A stretch of DNA of 64,000 nt from Candidatus Omnitrophota bacterium (GTDB taxonomy: Bacteria > Omnitrophota > Gorgyraeia > Zapsychrales > Zapsychraceae): the NCBI GenBank assembly GCA_050250375.1, contig JBFWOS010000002.1, positions 453,149 through 517,148 on the forward strand, read 5' to 3'. This document shows, one piece after another, positions 18,765 to 31,400 of this stretch. Position 1 is the first letter of the stretch. Every line of letters begins with the position of its first letter. A program made the position numbers and the translations under genes. The notes under the pieces were generated by a model. It was not told the DNA's origin, ran no database searches, and worked only from the letters and a program-made list of their open reading frames with translations.

Positions 18765-19424
18765 ATGGAGACAATGCGATCTCCGATTTTTCCTGTTTTC
18801 CGTCTTTTATTGTTGACCATCCTCCCCATGGGCGGGTTTTTGTTGAATTGTAACCCGGTTCATGCGCAGGAATCCGCTTCCCTATCCGAACGGCAAAAGC
18901 AGGTTGAGGCCTATCTGACTGAATTTGCCGCGGCGGAATTCAGGGCGGTTTATCCCCGGATTTACCAGGCATTAATCAATGCCCTGAACAAACTGCCGGA
19001 AGAAGTCTTTGTGGATGTTACTGACCGGGCGTCACCGGTCATCTTTATCAATTCGATTACCAGCGGGATCGCCCGCTACGCCAATTCCAAGGAGTTCTAT
19101 TTTAACGACGGTGATCTCCCGGCCCTTCAGGACGGTTTTTATCTGGTGATCCTGGGAGATGAATTGAATAATTCCGAACATGTCGGGGCGATTGAAGGGG
19201 TTATCCTGCATGAACTGGCCCATGATTTTCTCAAACATCTGCGGGCGCCGAAACATAACTGCGAGATGGAGCGTGAAGCGAACCGGCTGGTCAAAAGCTG
19301 GGGGTACGCGAAGGAATATGAGCAGGCGTCTGAAGCGTTCGGGGCCAAACATCCCGGTGACAGCCCCTGCGCGGATTATTTCCGCAAACAGGAAGAATTA
19401 AAGAATCAAAGCCAATCACAATAG
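18765..19424 (+). CDS. Small secreted protein with an HExxH motif (putative zinc metallopeptidase-like)
   Basis: The 219-aa product has a signal peptide (LLLLTILPMGGFLLNCNPVHA) and the motif VILHELAHDFLKH. It converges on the 3' end of the 4821-aa gene. Confidence 0.45.
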   Translation: METMRSPIFPVFRLLLLTILPMGGFLLNCNPVHAQESASLSERQKQVEAYLTEFAAAEFRAVYPRIYQALINALNKLPEEVFVDVTDRASPVIFINSITSGIARYANSKEFYFNDGDLPALQDGFYLVILGDELNNSEHVGAIEGVILHELAHDFLKHLRAPKHNCEMEREANRLVKSWGYAKEYEQASEAFGAKHPGDSPCADYFRKQEELKNQSQSQ

Positions 19425-19484
19425 TGGAGTCCCACAAAGAGCGAACATCTCGCCGAAGCCGAACTCCCCTATCTTTTTGTTTTT

Positions 19485-22400
19485 TCAACGGATAAATGCA
19501 AGGTCGCGGGCGGAGGCGGAAGAAAGTTTCTGCCGGGTTATCTTTTCCATCGGGTAATCAGCGGACGACGGAGTCTTTTGCGGAACAGGTTTGCTCACCG
19601 CATCGGCCGGAGTTTCATCCGGCGTATTCAATCCTAACAGCAGGTACAGATTTGTCACCGGCGTGATATTGATGATCACCGGCTGGATCCCGTTGATCTG
19701 AGCGGGAATCATTGGCATCAGCCCGTTTTCGAACCGGATGTGTTCCCCCGTTTCTTCCAGACGCATATTTTTTGTATTAAAGTCGACCCCGCCCAGGTCT
19801 TTGGAAGTCATCGCTTCATCTGACCGGACCGTTTTCTTGAGTGCATCCGCCAGATCCCCGACGGTTGCGAACGATTTATGCCGGATAGTCAGGTGAGATG
19901 GCACAAAATCGACATCATGCCCTTCATAACCGATCTGAACAGTGACAGTAGTCCCCAGGAATTCAGCCATGGAGTTAAACGAAACGCTGATCCCTTTTTC
20001 CCTCAACTCGGCTGAGATTTTTGCCTGCGTGGCAGGTTTATACAATTCTTCCTGTTCGGATAAGACATCCGGAGTTGCCCCGTTTAAGTATTCGAGCAAA
20101 ACTTTATCGGCCGTCATCGCCTGGTCGGCAAACAAAAGATTTAATTCAACCGGGCTCACCAGGTGGTTGGCTTTCAACCAGATGTAAAAGGTCTGGTTGA
20201 CGACCGGCGCATCGTTCGGCTGTTCGAAATTGTTTGAAATTCCGGCAAACCGCAGGGATTCACCCAGGTCACGGATCAGCGCGCGGTTATTGATTTTCTT
20301 GAAAACCTCATGGACCATCGCCAGATTCAGCTGGACGATTTGTTCCTCAGTCAGGGAAACTTCCCAGACGGTATAGGCCAGTGCGGCGAGGATGTCCGTT
20401 TCGGAAATCTTGGAATGATCCAGGATTCCGGCCCGTTCATAATAATATTTTCGCATCAAGGTGACCCCGGGATCAAACAGGATTTCTTTTCCTTCCTGGT
20501 CGAGATAACTGCGGGTGGCATGTTCCAGATGAAAGACCGGCAGGGTGTGTGACGCGCCCCGGATCACGGCAATCTTTTTTCCGGGATATTGGATGTGCAG
20601 GTCACGGATCTGTTCGGTCAAGGCCATATCACGGCGGTAATGCAGGTCAGCGATGGATTGGATGGTTTCCTTAAAATGTTCAATGGCCGCGTCAGGGTCT
20701 CCGGTAAGGTTACGGACGGATTGAACGAGTTCCCGGTTCAATCCCAGCAATTGTTCCTTCCAGCCGGCTTGCGGCGCGCGCGATCCGGCAATGATCTTTC
20801 CGCTGTTTTCGATGGCCTTCAGGATAGTCCGCGGGGATTTGAACAGCGGGTCAGGAGTCTTGAACGATTGCAGCAACTGATCGGCGGTCATCCCGTTTTG
20901 GTCGGCGACGTTTTGATACTCCCGGCTCAAGGCGGATCCCTCGTCAATTTCTTCAAGAACAATAATATCCGCGGCCTGGACCGAATCGCGGATCTTGTCC
21001 CGGTGTCTGGCCATGGTCAGGTGATTGCCGTAAACAAAATGGACACTGTCCCGGTCTTCGGCCTGCATCGCGGAATCCGGATAATACGGCGGTACATTCA
21101 GCAGTTTATTGGCCAGATCGATGAGCGCGGCCTGGTTTAAATTTTTTCGTAATTGGATCAGATTGATAAAGGCGTCGGCCAGCCGGACAAACTCGGGAGA
21201 ATCACCCGCTTCCTGCTGGTCGGCAATGTCCTGCCCGGTAATCGCACGCGGACGTTCAGGATCATTGGTCTGAATAAGAAAATGGAAAAGTTCTCCGCGG
21301 GCCAGATTTTTCAGATACCGGCGGAACAACCGTTCGTTCGGCTGCAGGACCGTCATCCAGTGGTGCAGAAATTCACGGAATGGATCGCCGTTCAGGGAGG
21401 CGGAACGCTGGGTCGTCATAGCGCCGAAACGGTAAAGCTGCGCGGCCCGGCGCTGAATATCTTTGTCTTTGTTGTCGATCATGTTCGTAAACAGATAATC
21501 CAGTTCCGCTGCGATCAGAACCGGGCTGACGCGGTTCTTCCGTCCGTTTGACTCTTCCTTAAAGGCCGCGGCTGTCGAAACAACATTACGTTCCAGGTCC
21601 TGGAGGTTTTCGGCCAGCATCGACTGGTCGTCCCCAATCCCCAGTTCTTTCATGAACGCATTGAAGATCAGTTTGGCCAATCCCCGGAGATAAAAATCGC
21701 TGTTGAGATAAAATTTGAGTCCGGTCGCGTTTACGTGCTGCAGGGAAACGACCGTTTGGACGGATTCCGACCACCGGCCTTCTTCATCACGTTCAAAAAG
21801 AGGCAGAGTCTCGGTCGTGACCTTTAAAGGTGTTTTGGAGTTGCGGGTATTAAAATGGACCGTAAATACTTCTGCAAACCGGACAGAACGGTTAAAGTGG
21901 TTCTGCGCCTCTGAATCTGTTTTGAGTTTGTCCGGATTCTCTGTATAAATGATGACCCGGTCGATCTTTCCGGCTTTATTGGTTTTCCGGAAGGAATAGT
22001 CTTGCTGATAAGATTTCTGCACCGCGGTCATGACCGGGACAATGACGGATTCATAAAAATCGGCGGATTGAGATATTGTGGCGCGCGCGATTTCTCCCAT
22101 CATCGCATGATCTTTGATGCGTCCGTCGGCATCGAAAGTTACGACCTTGCCGGCGGCTTCAACGGATAATTCACCTTCGGACGCCAGCTGAATAGAGGCG
22201 ATATTCCGGGCAATATGGTCGACCATAAAATATCCGTCCTGCTTGAATTTATGGACAATGATCTCGCGCCTGTCCGCGTCCGGCCCTTCGCTGGCCTCGT
22301 AGATTTCCGCCTTGCGGATGCCCAGGGCGTTGGCCAGTTTCACGACCGCTTCCGTCGGGTTCATCCCGAGGCTGGTCAGCTCCATCACCATGATATTGTT

Positions 22401-25400
22401 TCGGGTGGCGATCGCTTCGATTTCGGCGTAAAGTTCTTTTTTGATCGCATCCATCGGGTCAACAAATTCGACAGTTTCTCCGGTCTTAATGTCCGGGTGA
22501 TTGCTGGCCGTGACTTTTCCGTTTTCATCCAGACGGACCAGAAAGTTGGACCAGGTGACGGCGCGCTGAACAGCCCCGCTGCGGTACCCGAGATCGTCCC
22601 CGCGGTTGTAGATTCGTCCTTCATCCGGATCGAGGTTAGCGCCGATGGTAATTCCTTTTATATCGGACTTGACCACATTGCCGTTGTTGATCACCAATGT
22701 GCCCAGCTTTTGTGTGCCGTCTTCGTTCAGGATTTCGATGGTCTCGTTGACCTGGGTCCGGGTGCTGGTCCGGATGACGGATCCATCGGTCTTTTTCAGG
22801 GTGATCTCGCGCAATTCACGGACGGTCAATAAATGTTTCAGCATCGCCTCCTTGGTGGAGCCCTTGACGCCGCCGAAGTTAACACTCATCCCGCTGACGG
22901 CGAGAATCCCTTTGGCGGCCAGTTTTGCCTCCATCCCTACAAAGGCGTTGTTGGAGCCTTCAATAATGATCAGCGGATCGCGTCCGGCGACATCGCCTTT
23001 ACCGCGCAGCAAGTCAATGGTTTTATCGTTGATCACCCCGCCCATCGCCGCCGGCACGAGCAGATCAATATCAACGATTTCCTTATTAAGGATATCCGTT
23101 CCGGCCAGATGCTCAACACCTATCCGTTCCGGCATCCATTGAAGGACGTTGCGGTCTCCCGGCTGGACATTGTTTAAATTTTGTAATTCTTCAAGGGTGA
23201 ACCCTTCGGGTTTGTAGACCGTCCCGTTGATGTCGGAAATGGCAACGACAATGTATCCCTCCCGGGCCAGTTTCAGGGCGATGGATCCGCCGACATCACC
23301 GGCCCCGATGACCGCCACTTTCAGTTTGGAAGGATCGAGCCCTTTGTAATTGATGATGGCCTGGATGCTGCTGAGGGTCGAATGTCCGGTCACGGCCAGG
23401 TCCACATGCGAGATCGCGCCGACACGGGCAGAACCGCCGGTCACCGCGCTGCCGATAATTTTCTGGATTTCGTCCGCCAGCTGTCCGGTGAACACTTTTT
23501 CCGGAATAAATAATCCGTTCTCGCGGCCGTTCGGTAAGGCCAGGATCAGCCGTTCGCGCATGCGTTCCATCAGGGAATCTTTAAGGAATAGGCTGCCGTT
23601 TTCGACCTCGATTTCTTTAAGGGCGCGTCCGTATTGGGCCAATGTCAGGCTGTAAAGGTCAACGCCGTGGGCCCGGAGCAGTTCGATTTCGTTTTTTAGA
23701 TGGTCCGTGTATCGTTTGATGATCCCGGCAATGATTGTTTCCTGGTTGGCGGAAGACATACCGACATCCGGGCCGCCGTCATAAACTTCCATCAGTCCGA
23801 CGTCGACCATGGCCGTCGCCCAGGCCTTGAGCAGGGTGTCCTTGAGCGGGAGCGCATCCTGGCTGACGCCGAAATAAGTCTTGGCCCCGGCGTAGCCGAT
23901 CCCGGCCAGGACATTTTTGGAATACTGCGAAACAGAGAGATTATTCAAATCGTTGTAAGCGCCTTTCATGATATCAAAGGCCACTTCATCCACATTGCGT
24001 TTGAGCGGATCATTGGCCCGGGCCACCGGCTCGGCGTAACGGATGCCGCCTTTGGTGTGGTCGGCCTTGCTGATGTCGACCAGCTGGGTGATCGCGTAAA
24101 AACGGTCTGGCAGATAAATAAAGATAATTTCTTTTTTGATTTCAATCCCGGTCATTTTGACGCCGTCGAAACGCAGCGCGATCGCCTCATTTTTTTCGCG
24201 CATGTTTATATCCGCGTTGGTCTGTTTGATCAGTTTGATCCCGCGTTCAAATAAAACCGTTAACCATCGGGTTTCGGCGCGTTCCAACATCCCCCGGATT
24301 TCTTTCTCCTTAACGTCCTGGTAAACAAAGCCGATCATGGCCCGCGCGATATCTGGATGGGCGACTAATTCTTTTCTGGCCTCAATGCTGTCGAACACCG
24401 GGCCCTTCCCCTGTTTGGATTCATAATGCGAAAGGATTTCCAGGAACTGCGTCGTTCCCAGCAGGATATCCCGCCGGGCCGCGGCGACATCCGGGATGGC
24501 CTGGTCCAGTCCGGAGCGGTTCATTTTTTGTTCGCGTTGGTCATGGATGTAACGGACAGCTTCGGGGTTTGTTTCCCGTTTTTTAGAGGCGGCCGCTTTA
24601 CCCAATCCCTGTTCTTCGATGGTTCCGGCTGTTTGTTCAGCCTCCGGCATTTGATCATCGGCGATCCCGATGCGTGAATAGAGGCTGGGTAATTGATGGC
24701 GCTGGAAGATCGACGGTGCTCCCTGCCGGACCTGCCGGTCATGGGCCTTTTCCGCGGCCACGGCCTGTCCGATGCTGATATCATAGGTCCCGCGTTTGGC
24801 GGATTCAAAACGGATATTCCCGTACCCGTCTTCGGTTTCCGACTCATTTTGTTCCTCAAGCCTTCCGAGCGCGTTAAAAATATAATGTTTGCCGTCCAGG
24901 GTAATCCCCAGGTCGCTGGCCACCACCAGGCGTTTGATGGCAATCTTCCGGGCCAGGTACGGCGGAAAGAAATAACCCTCGCGGTTCAGATGATCAATGA
25001 CATCGCTGATCACCTGGATAATATATGTGTCTTTAGAGTGTTCCAGCCGCTCTTTTTTGGCGGAGATCAGGTCGGCGATTTTTCTGGCGGCCTGGGCCGG
25101 TGTGAATCCCCGTCGGACGAGTTCCAGGACCATGGTGTTCATCCGGAAAGCGATCCCGGCAATATCGTTGTAAGCGGTCTCCTGGATTTCATCCAGAGGG
25201 TTAATAAACCTGACCGGCAATCCCGCCGGCAGTCCGGGATGATTGCTCTTGACGATGACATTGTCCTGGTTCTGGACGACCAGGTAATTTCCCCAGATAA
25301 CCGTGCGCTGGAGATTGGTCACCCGGTAATTTAAATCAATGCCGTGGCTGTGGACCCGTCCGGTGTTGATGTCAACCGACATGCCGACCACAAGATCCGG

Positions 25401-28400
25401 GATATTCGAACCGACCACGCGGCCGTTTTCGATGATCAGCTGGCCAGAGGCGGATTCACCGGTCAGGTCAACCTGTTCATTGATGACCGGGTTAGACTCA
25501 GCAACGATATCGGATTTCTCAGTCCTTAAAATGTAACGCTGTAATTGTTCAGAGGTAAAGCGGTGTTTGATAAAATCTTCTAGCCAGGACCCGTAGGCGC
25601 CGCCGAAACCGATGCTGGTGGACTTCAAAGCGAGTATGCCTTTTTCCGCGAGTTGTTTTTCAAACCCTTCAAATGAGTTAAAACCGGCTTCCAGATAAAT
25701 CAGCGGTTGACGTCCCGGCTGGTCGTTGTTCCCGCGCATTTTTGCGATATTGTTCGGGTTGACCGTCCGGCCCGGTGCGGCGGAAATAAAAATATCCAGG
25801 TCCACCTGGTCTTTGTCCAGGATCGCGCCGTTCGACAGATGCTGCACCCCGTTTTCTTCCGGCAGCCATTTCGTCACATTACGCTGGTTAATGTTGATGG
25901 ATTCCAGCCGCTGTAATTCAACGGTGCTGAAACCTTCCGGGTTGTAGACGGTGCCGTGGATGTCTTCAATCGCGACGACCTTGTAACCCAGGCGGGTCAG
26001 CATCAAGGCCAGCGAACCGCCGGTGGTCGCGCCTTTGATCCCGATTTTGGTCCCGTGTTTTTCCAGTTTCAAATAATCAATGATGGCCTCGACACTCATG
26101 GCCGTGCTGTACGCGGCCAGTGACCATTCTTTGAGGGAAATATCGTCTTCCTTTGTCAGCAGTCCGGTCGTTGCCGCGCCGATGGTGCGCGCGAGATCAT
26201 CTTTTAATTTTGAATTGAACAGTTTGACCAGGGATGTGCCGCCGTTCTGTCGTCCCAGCGGGGCGAGCGCCACCACCCGCTGGCGCAGGACATCGATCAG
26301 CGGTTCCTGTAAAAATTTTCCGCGGACGGTCCCCTGTTCCAGATCAGCCAGCAGACCGCCGTATTCCGTGGTGGTCAGGGAGCTGAGATTCTCGCCGACC
26401 TTGGATTTAATCATCTCCAGTTCATATTGCAGGTGCTGGAGGTAACGCTGGTTGATGGCTTCCGACAAGGTGTTTTGATCTTTCGCTGTCATGCCCGATT
26501 CGGTCCCGATCACGTAACGCGAAGCCAGCCCGGCATCGACCATCGCCGTCGCGAACCCCTTTAAATGTCTTGATTTGATATTGACCGCGTCCGGATGGAC
26601 CACCAGCACGGTTTTCGCCCCGGCGTACGGGGTCTGGGTGATCGTGTTGCGGTAATATTTGGAACGCGAGATCAGGTCGGTTTCCGTGTAGGCGTCTTTA
26701 AATATCTCAAACGCAGCCCGGTCGGATACGACAAATTTTCCGTGTTTGGTTCTTTCCTGCGGAATTTTGTACCTCAACCCGCCTTCCGCCAGATCACCCT
26801 TGCCGTCTTCATGGTCCACGATCTGGGTGATCGCGTAAAAATAACCGGCCTTATAAGTGAAGACGACCGCTTTCACCTGGGGGTCTTTGGTCAGGGATTC
26901 ACCATCAAAGACCACGGCCACCGGATCATCTTCTTGCCGGAGCACTGAATCAATGCTGGTTGACTTTATATTTTTAAATCCCAGTTCAAATAAAAGGCGC
27001 AGCCACAGCGTTTTGGTCTTTCCGATTTCAGCCAACACCTCGGCTTCAAGATTTTTGTCCGTCAGGTAACGGTTCAGGACAGCGGCGACCGCCGGGTTTT
27101 CCGCCAATTCTTTGCGGGCGGCGATGCCGTCGAACAATTTACCACCCTCCTTGTGCCCGAATATTTCTAGAAACTGGGTCGCGGCCAGTAAGACGTCGCG
27201 GCCGGCCGGAGTCACCAGGTCTTTTAATGCAGTGTCCAGACCGCTGCGGTTTTCCCTTTGATGACGGATATCGCTGATAAAAAGTTTTTCCGATTTGAAT
27301 TTATCGCCCGCCATATCCGGCGGACGTGAATCGTCTTCACCCAGCATCGCGAAATCCGGGGCATAGATCCGGGCGGCATCGGTGATGGAGATTTCCTGGC
27401 CGTCCTGCGTGCGGACCAGGAATTCATAACCGTCCTGGTGCGGGATGATTTGTAACAGGGCCAGGTTTGTCATTTCTTCGGTGTTGGCGCGCCGGATATC
27501 AATGCTCGTAAAAGGATGCATCTTACTTTTGTAAGCCTGGTAAAAATCATCCGGGAGCATATAAAGTCTTTTAGCCATTCCGGAAGCGGCCGGTTTGATC
27601 TCCGTCTGGATCACTTCCGGGCGCAGCGGATCAGCCACGATCTTGACGGACATCGCCTGCAGCATGGCCTGGCGGTTCACGAGCCACATGAATACCTCTT
27701 TAATAAAATCAAGTTCCACTTGCTGGGTCGGCAGTTTGTCTTTCGGGAATCCGAGAAAGGCCTGGGTGACTTCCTCTTTGTTCTTTAAAGTATAGGTCTG
27801 CACATCAAAATCACGGCTTAACGCGGCCAGGATTTCATAGATCAACTTTGGTTCGATCGGTGTATACCGTCTGGAATTATCGGACAACCAGAGGCTGAAC
27901 ATGCGGATGGGTTTTGGCGGATGACCAATATCATAAAATCCGGTAATACCGTTGTAATCAATATCCTTGTGGTTCGGGCTCAGGACCATGAGCATCTGTT
28001 CAATCGCTTCAATGTTCGCATGCAGTTCCCTGGCGGAGTATTCCCGGTCTTTGTCGATGCGGGACAGCATGGCCTGGTCCGCGGGCGTGACATTGATCCG
28101 TTCATTCGTCCGGTCGATGACGATTGAGAAATCTCCGTCACGGATGAACAATTCGGTGGCCTTGTCGTTCGTTTCATTTTTGATCCAGCCGAAGACCCGG
28201 TCATCCCCCCCGGCGGCCAGGATTTTACGCTGCAGGGTCCGGCGCGCGGACCGTCTTTGATCCGCCGTCCCGACCATGGCTTCATCCAGCAACGGTTCTT
28301 CCAGGACAACGATCCGGCGGATGATGGATGCGTCGAAGAAATGCCCGCCGACCGCGTGGATGGCGGTCGGTTTCATCCCGTCATTGAAGCGGTCAAAAAT

Positions 28401-31400
28401 TATTTCATTAGCGTCACCGAAAACATCTTCAATCAATAACCGTGATCCCCACAGCAACGCGACTTCAGAGGCTTCATCCGCGCGGTAAAAATCCGTGAGT
28501 TCGGCGAAAGAATTAAAATATCTTTTTGTGTACGGGCGTGACGGGTTCGCGTTGAACAGGTTAAACGGCAGGGCCAGTTCTTTGTTGTAAATCATATTTC
28601 TTAATTGGGGGTCCATCGGGCCGGCGGCTGTTTCAATCAGGTCGATGAACCGGCCCCAGTCAATCGAGTTGCCGATCAGATAAATCAGAGTCGCGAAAAA
28701 TCCGTTCGGGTAGTCCAGTTCCAGGCTGTCAACCGGCGCGTTCAGCCAGATCGTGGTGGTGCCGGCTCTGGGTGAAATGGTCAGGTGCTGGCGCAAACGG
28801 TTTGAGCGCTGCGCGAAAAACTGGATCAGGTTGTTTGAATCGTACGGCCGGCCGAAACGGTTTAAGGCCTCGACCATCATGAGGACCATCTGTTCGTCCA
28901 GTTCGGGAGAAATTCCTTTCTTTTTAACAAACTCGTCCCAATTATCCAAAAGCCGTTTCAGGTCCAGCGTATCACCCAGGGCAAAGGCCACAAACGACGG
29001 GTTCACGTGTAATAACCGGCCCAAATACCGGGTGTAATCACCCAGCATTGCTCCGTCGGCGCTGACGAATTCGACCGCGCCCAGCCCGATCGGGATATCT
29101 TCCACTTCATATTGGGCTTTGGAAAACGTGATGAAATAGACGTCTTTGGTCAGGCCGGCGGGTGTCAATAATGTCCCGCGGTTGCCTTCTCCTTTAGAAA
29201 TTATGATATCTGCCTTGTCCCAGGCCCGGACAAAATCCGGGGTGGCCCGGCGCAGGTCGGTCCCTCTGGTCTTGGACCCGCTTGAAATGACCCTGATCTG
29301 TCCGCTCGTTGCGTGTTTCCCAAAATATTGTTTGACTTCATCCAGGTACAATAAGGTCTTAATGTCATCGGCGGTGACATCGTTGTCCGCTTCCACGGCC
29401 TTTCCGACCAGGGTCACGGAGTGCCCGCCTTTGAGGATGAACAGGATCAAAGGCAGGTCATAAATATATTCAATGATGTTGTCAAAGAGATAAACCACAT
29501 TCTTCGGTTCCTTCTCCATCAATTCGGCGACCAGCCGGGACGTATCCCGCTGATGATACAAGATATCTTCATTCAGGTAGGACTGGATATATTCTTCAAG
29601 CGAACGCGGGTCGCCTTCCAGGATCCGTCGACGGAATTCGGTTGAGCTGGTGATGTTCCCCTTAAGAGCGAGTTCGACCGCGCGTAATCCCCTTTCATAC
29701 CCCCCGCGGCTTTGCTCGACATAGGCCTGCAGTTGCGGCAGGAATTCCAGGGCGATATCGAGGGCCTTGGTTTTATAATTCGACATCGGTTCACGCACGT
29801 TCGCCAATTCTTTAATATAGTCGTAGCCGACCTCTTCGATTTCACGCAGGGTCAGCTGGTTCAGACTCTCCCGGGACAGGAAGTTGTCCAGCATTTGGCG
29901 CGCGTTGCCGGCCGGTCTTTTTCCATGCCTGAGCGCGATTTCAAGATAACCCCTTAGATGTTCCTGGACCCTCTTGCGCACCATCGGATCGCCGTATAAA
30001 CGGCGGCCGGGAAGGTAATCACCGGGTTCCTGGACAAAGATCGGGCTGACCGGGTCCGTCCGCAGGAACGCTCGCAAAAATCCGTCATCGTTGTCCGTGG
30101 TGGTATCGGCTTCCATCGCCTGGTCGGCATGAATGATCACCCGGGCCTCGTCTAATAAACGCGTTCGGTCCAGGTAGGTCCGGCCGATCTTTTTTCCATC
30201 CACCTTGACCGAGACCCTCTTGGGGTCGCGTTTGCCGATGTTGAGCAGTCCCTGGACGGTTGTGCCGGGTTCGACAAAATAAACCCGCGCCTCTTTTCGT
30301 TCGTTGGTGATATTGATTTTAAATTTTGTTTTATGGCGGATGTCTTCTTTAATTAACGCAACGACGCGTGTTAACTGCCGGGCGGCCGCGGCATCCGGTG
30401 TCTCTGCGGAAAGGAGCCGGATGGATGTCTGAATTCGTTTCGCGGCGCGGATGAGTCCCGGTTCCACGTGCGCCAGGTCAAAATATTCCTGGTTGAGTTC
30501 CGTTAACAGGTCACGCGCTGAGATGTATTCACCTTCTTTAATTAATAATCCGATGCCTTCGATCCGCTGGGTGATGTCGTCGTCGCGGAATTCCAGGAAC
30601 AGGCTGGTCGCGCTGACCTTCAGGTGAGCGGCGATCCGGTCGATGTCTTTTAAGCGTTTGTCCAGCTGGGCAATGACGCCCTGCAGGTGGGCCTCGGCCC
30701 GTTTAAAATCGTCAGCCTCAATGAGCGTGATCACCGGAGCCAGGTCAATGGTGGCAAAGATTTTAGGGACGACAAATCCCCTGCCTGTCCACTGCTGAAG
30801 TTCACGCAGTTTTTCGATCATCACTTCCCTGTTATGCTGGGACAGGGGTGTTTTGCGTCCGCGTTCTTTGCGCTGGTCGGCTTCTTTTAATTTCTTCGCG
30901 TAATAGGTCAGGTCCGTTTTGTTTTTCAATACGACCATGTACTGCGCCAGTTCCGAAGCGATCTTTTTGACCTGGCCGTCAAACGCCTTGCGCAGTCCCC
31001 GGTACGGCACGTCGCTCCAGACCATCTGTTTGGGAAAATGGATATTCGCGGTCAGGCTTTCCACGCGTGATTTGATGTCGTCTTTGATCTCGCCCGCTTC
31101 CAGTTTTTGTCCCGGGGTCAGCCGGCTGATCACATCTTTTAAATCCTTCAGGTCCTGCGTGATATTTTTGTACCGTTCGAGTGTGACCAGATAATGCAGG
31201 CTGTACAGGCCGGTCAGTTCATCAATTTTTTCCAGCGCCTGGGCAATCTCGCCGCGGTTGGCTTGTAAACGGATCTGGTCAAGCCGGGTGTGCACATTGA
31301 TCGGCCGTTTCTGGCGGACCAGCACGGTCGGTTCATCCTGGCCGTCTTTTTCATCCACATCAATATCAAAAGTTCCGAGCCGGTAGGTCCTGACCCGGTT

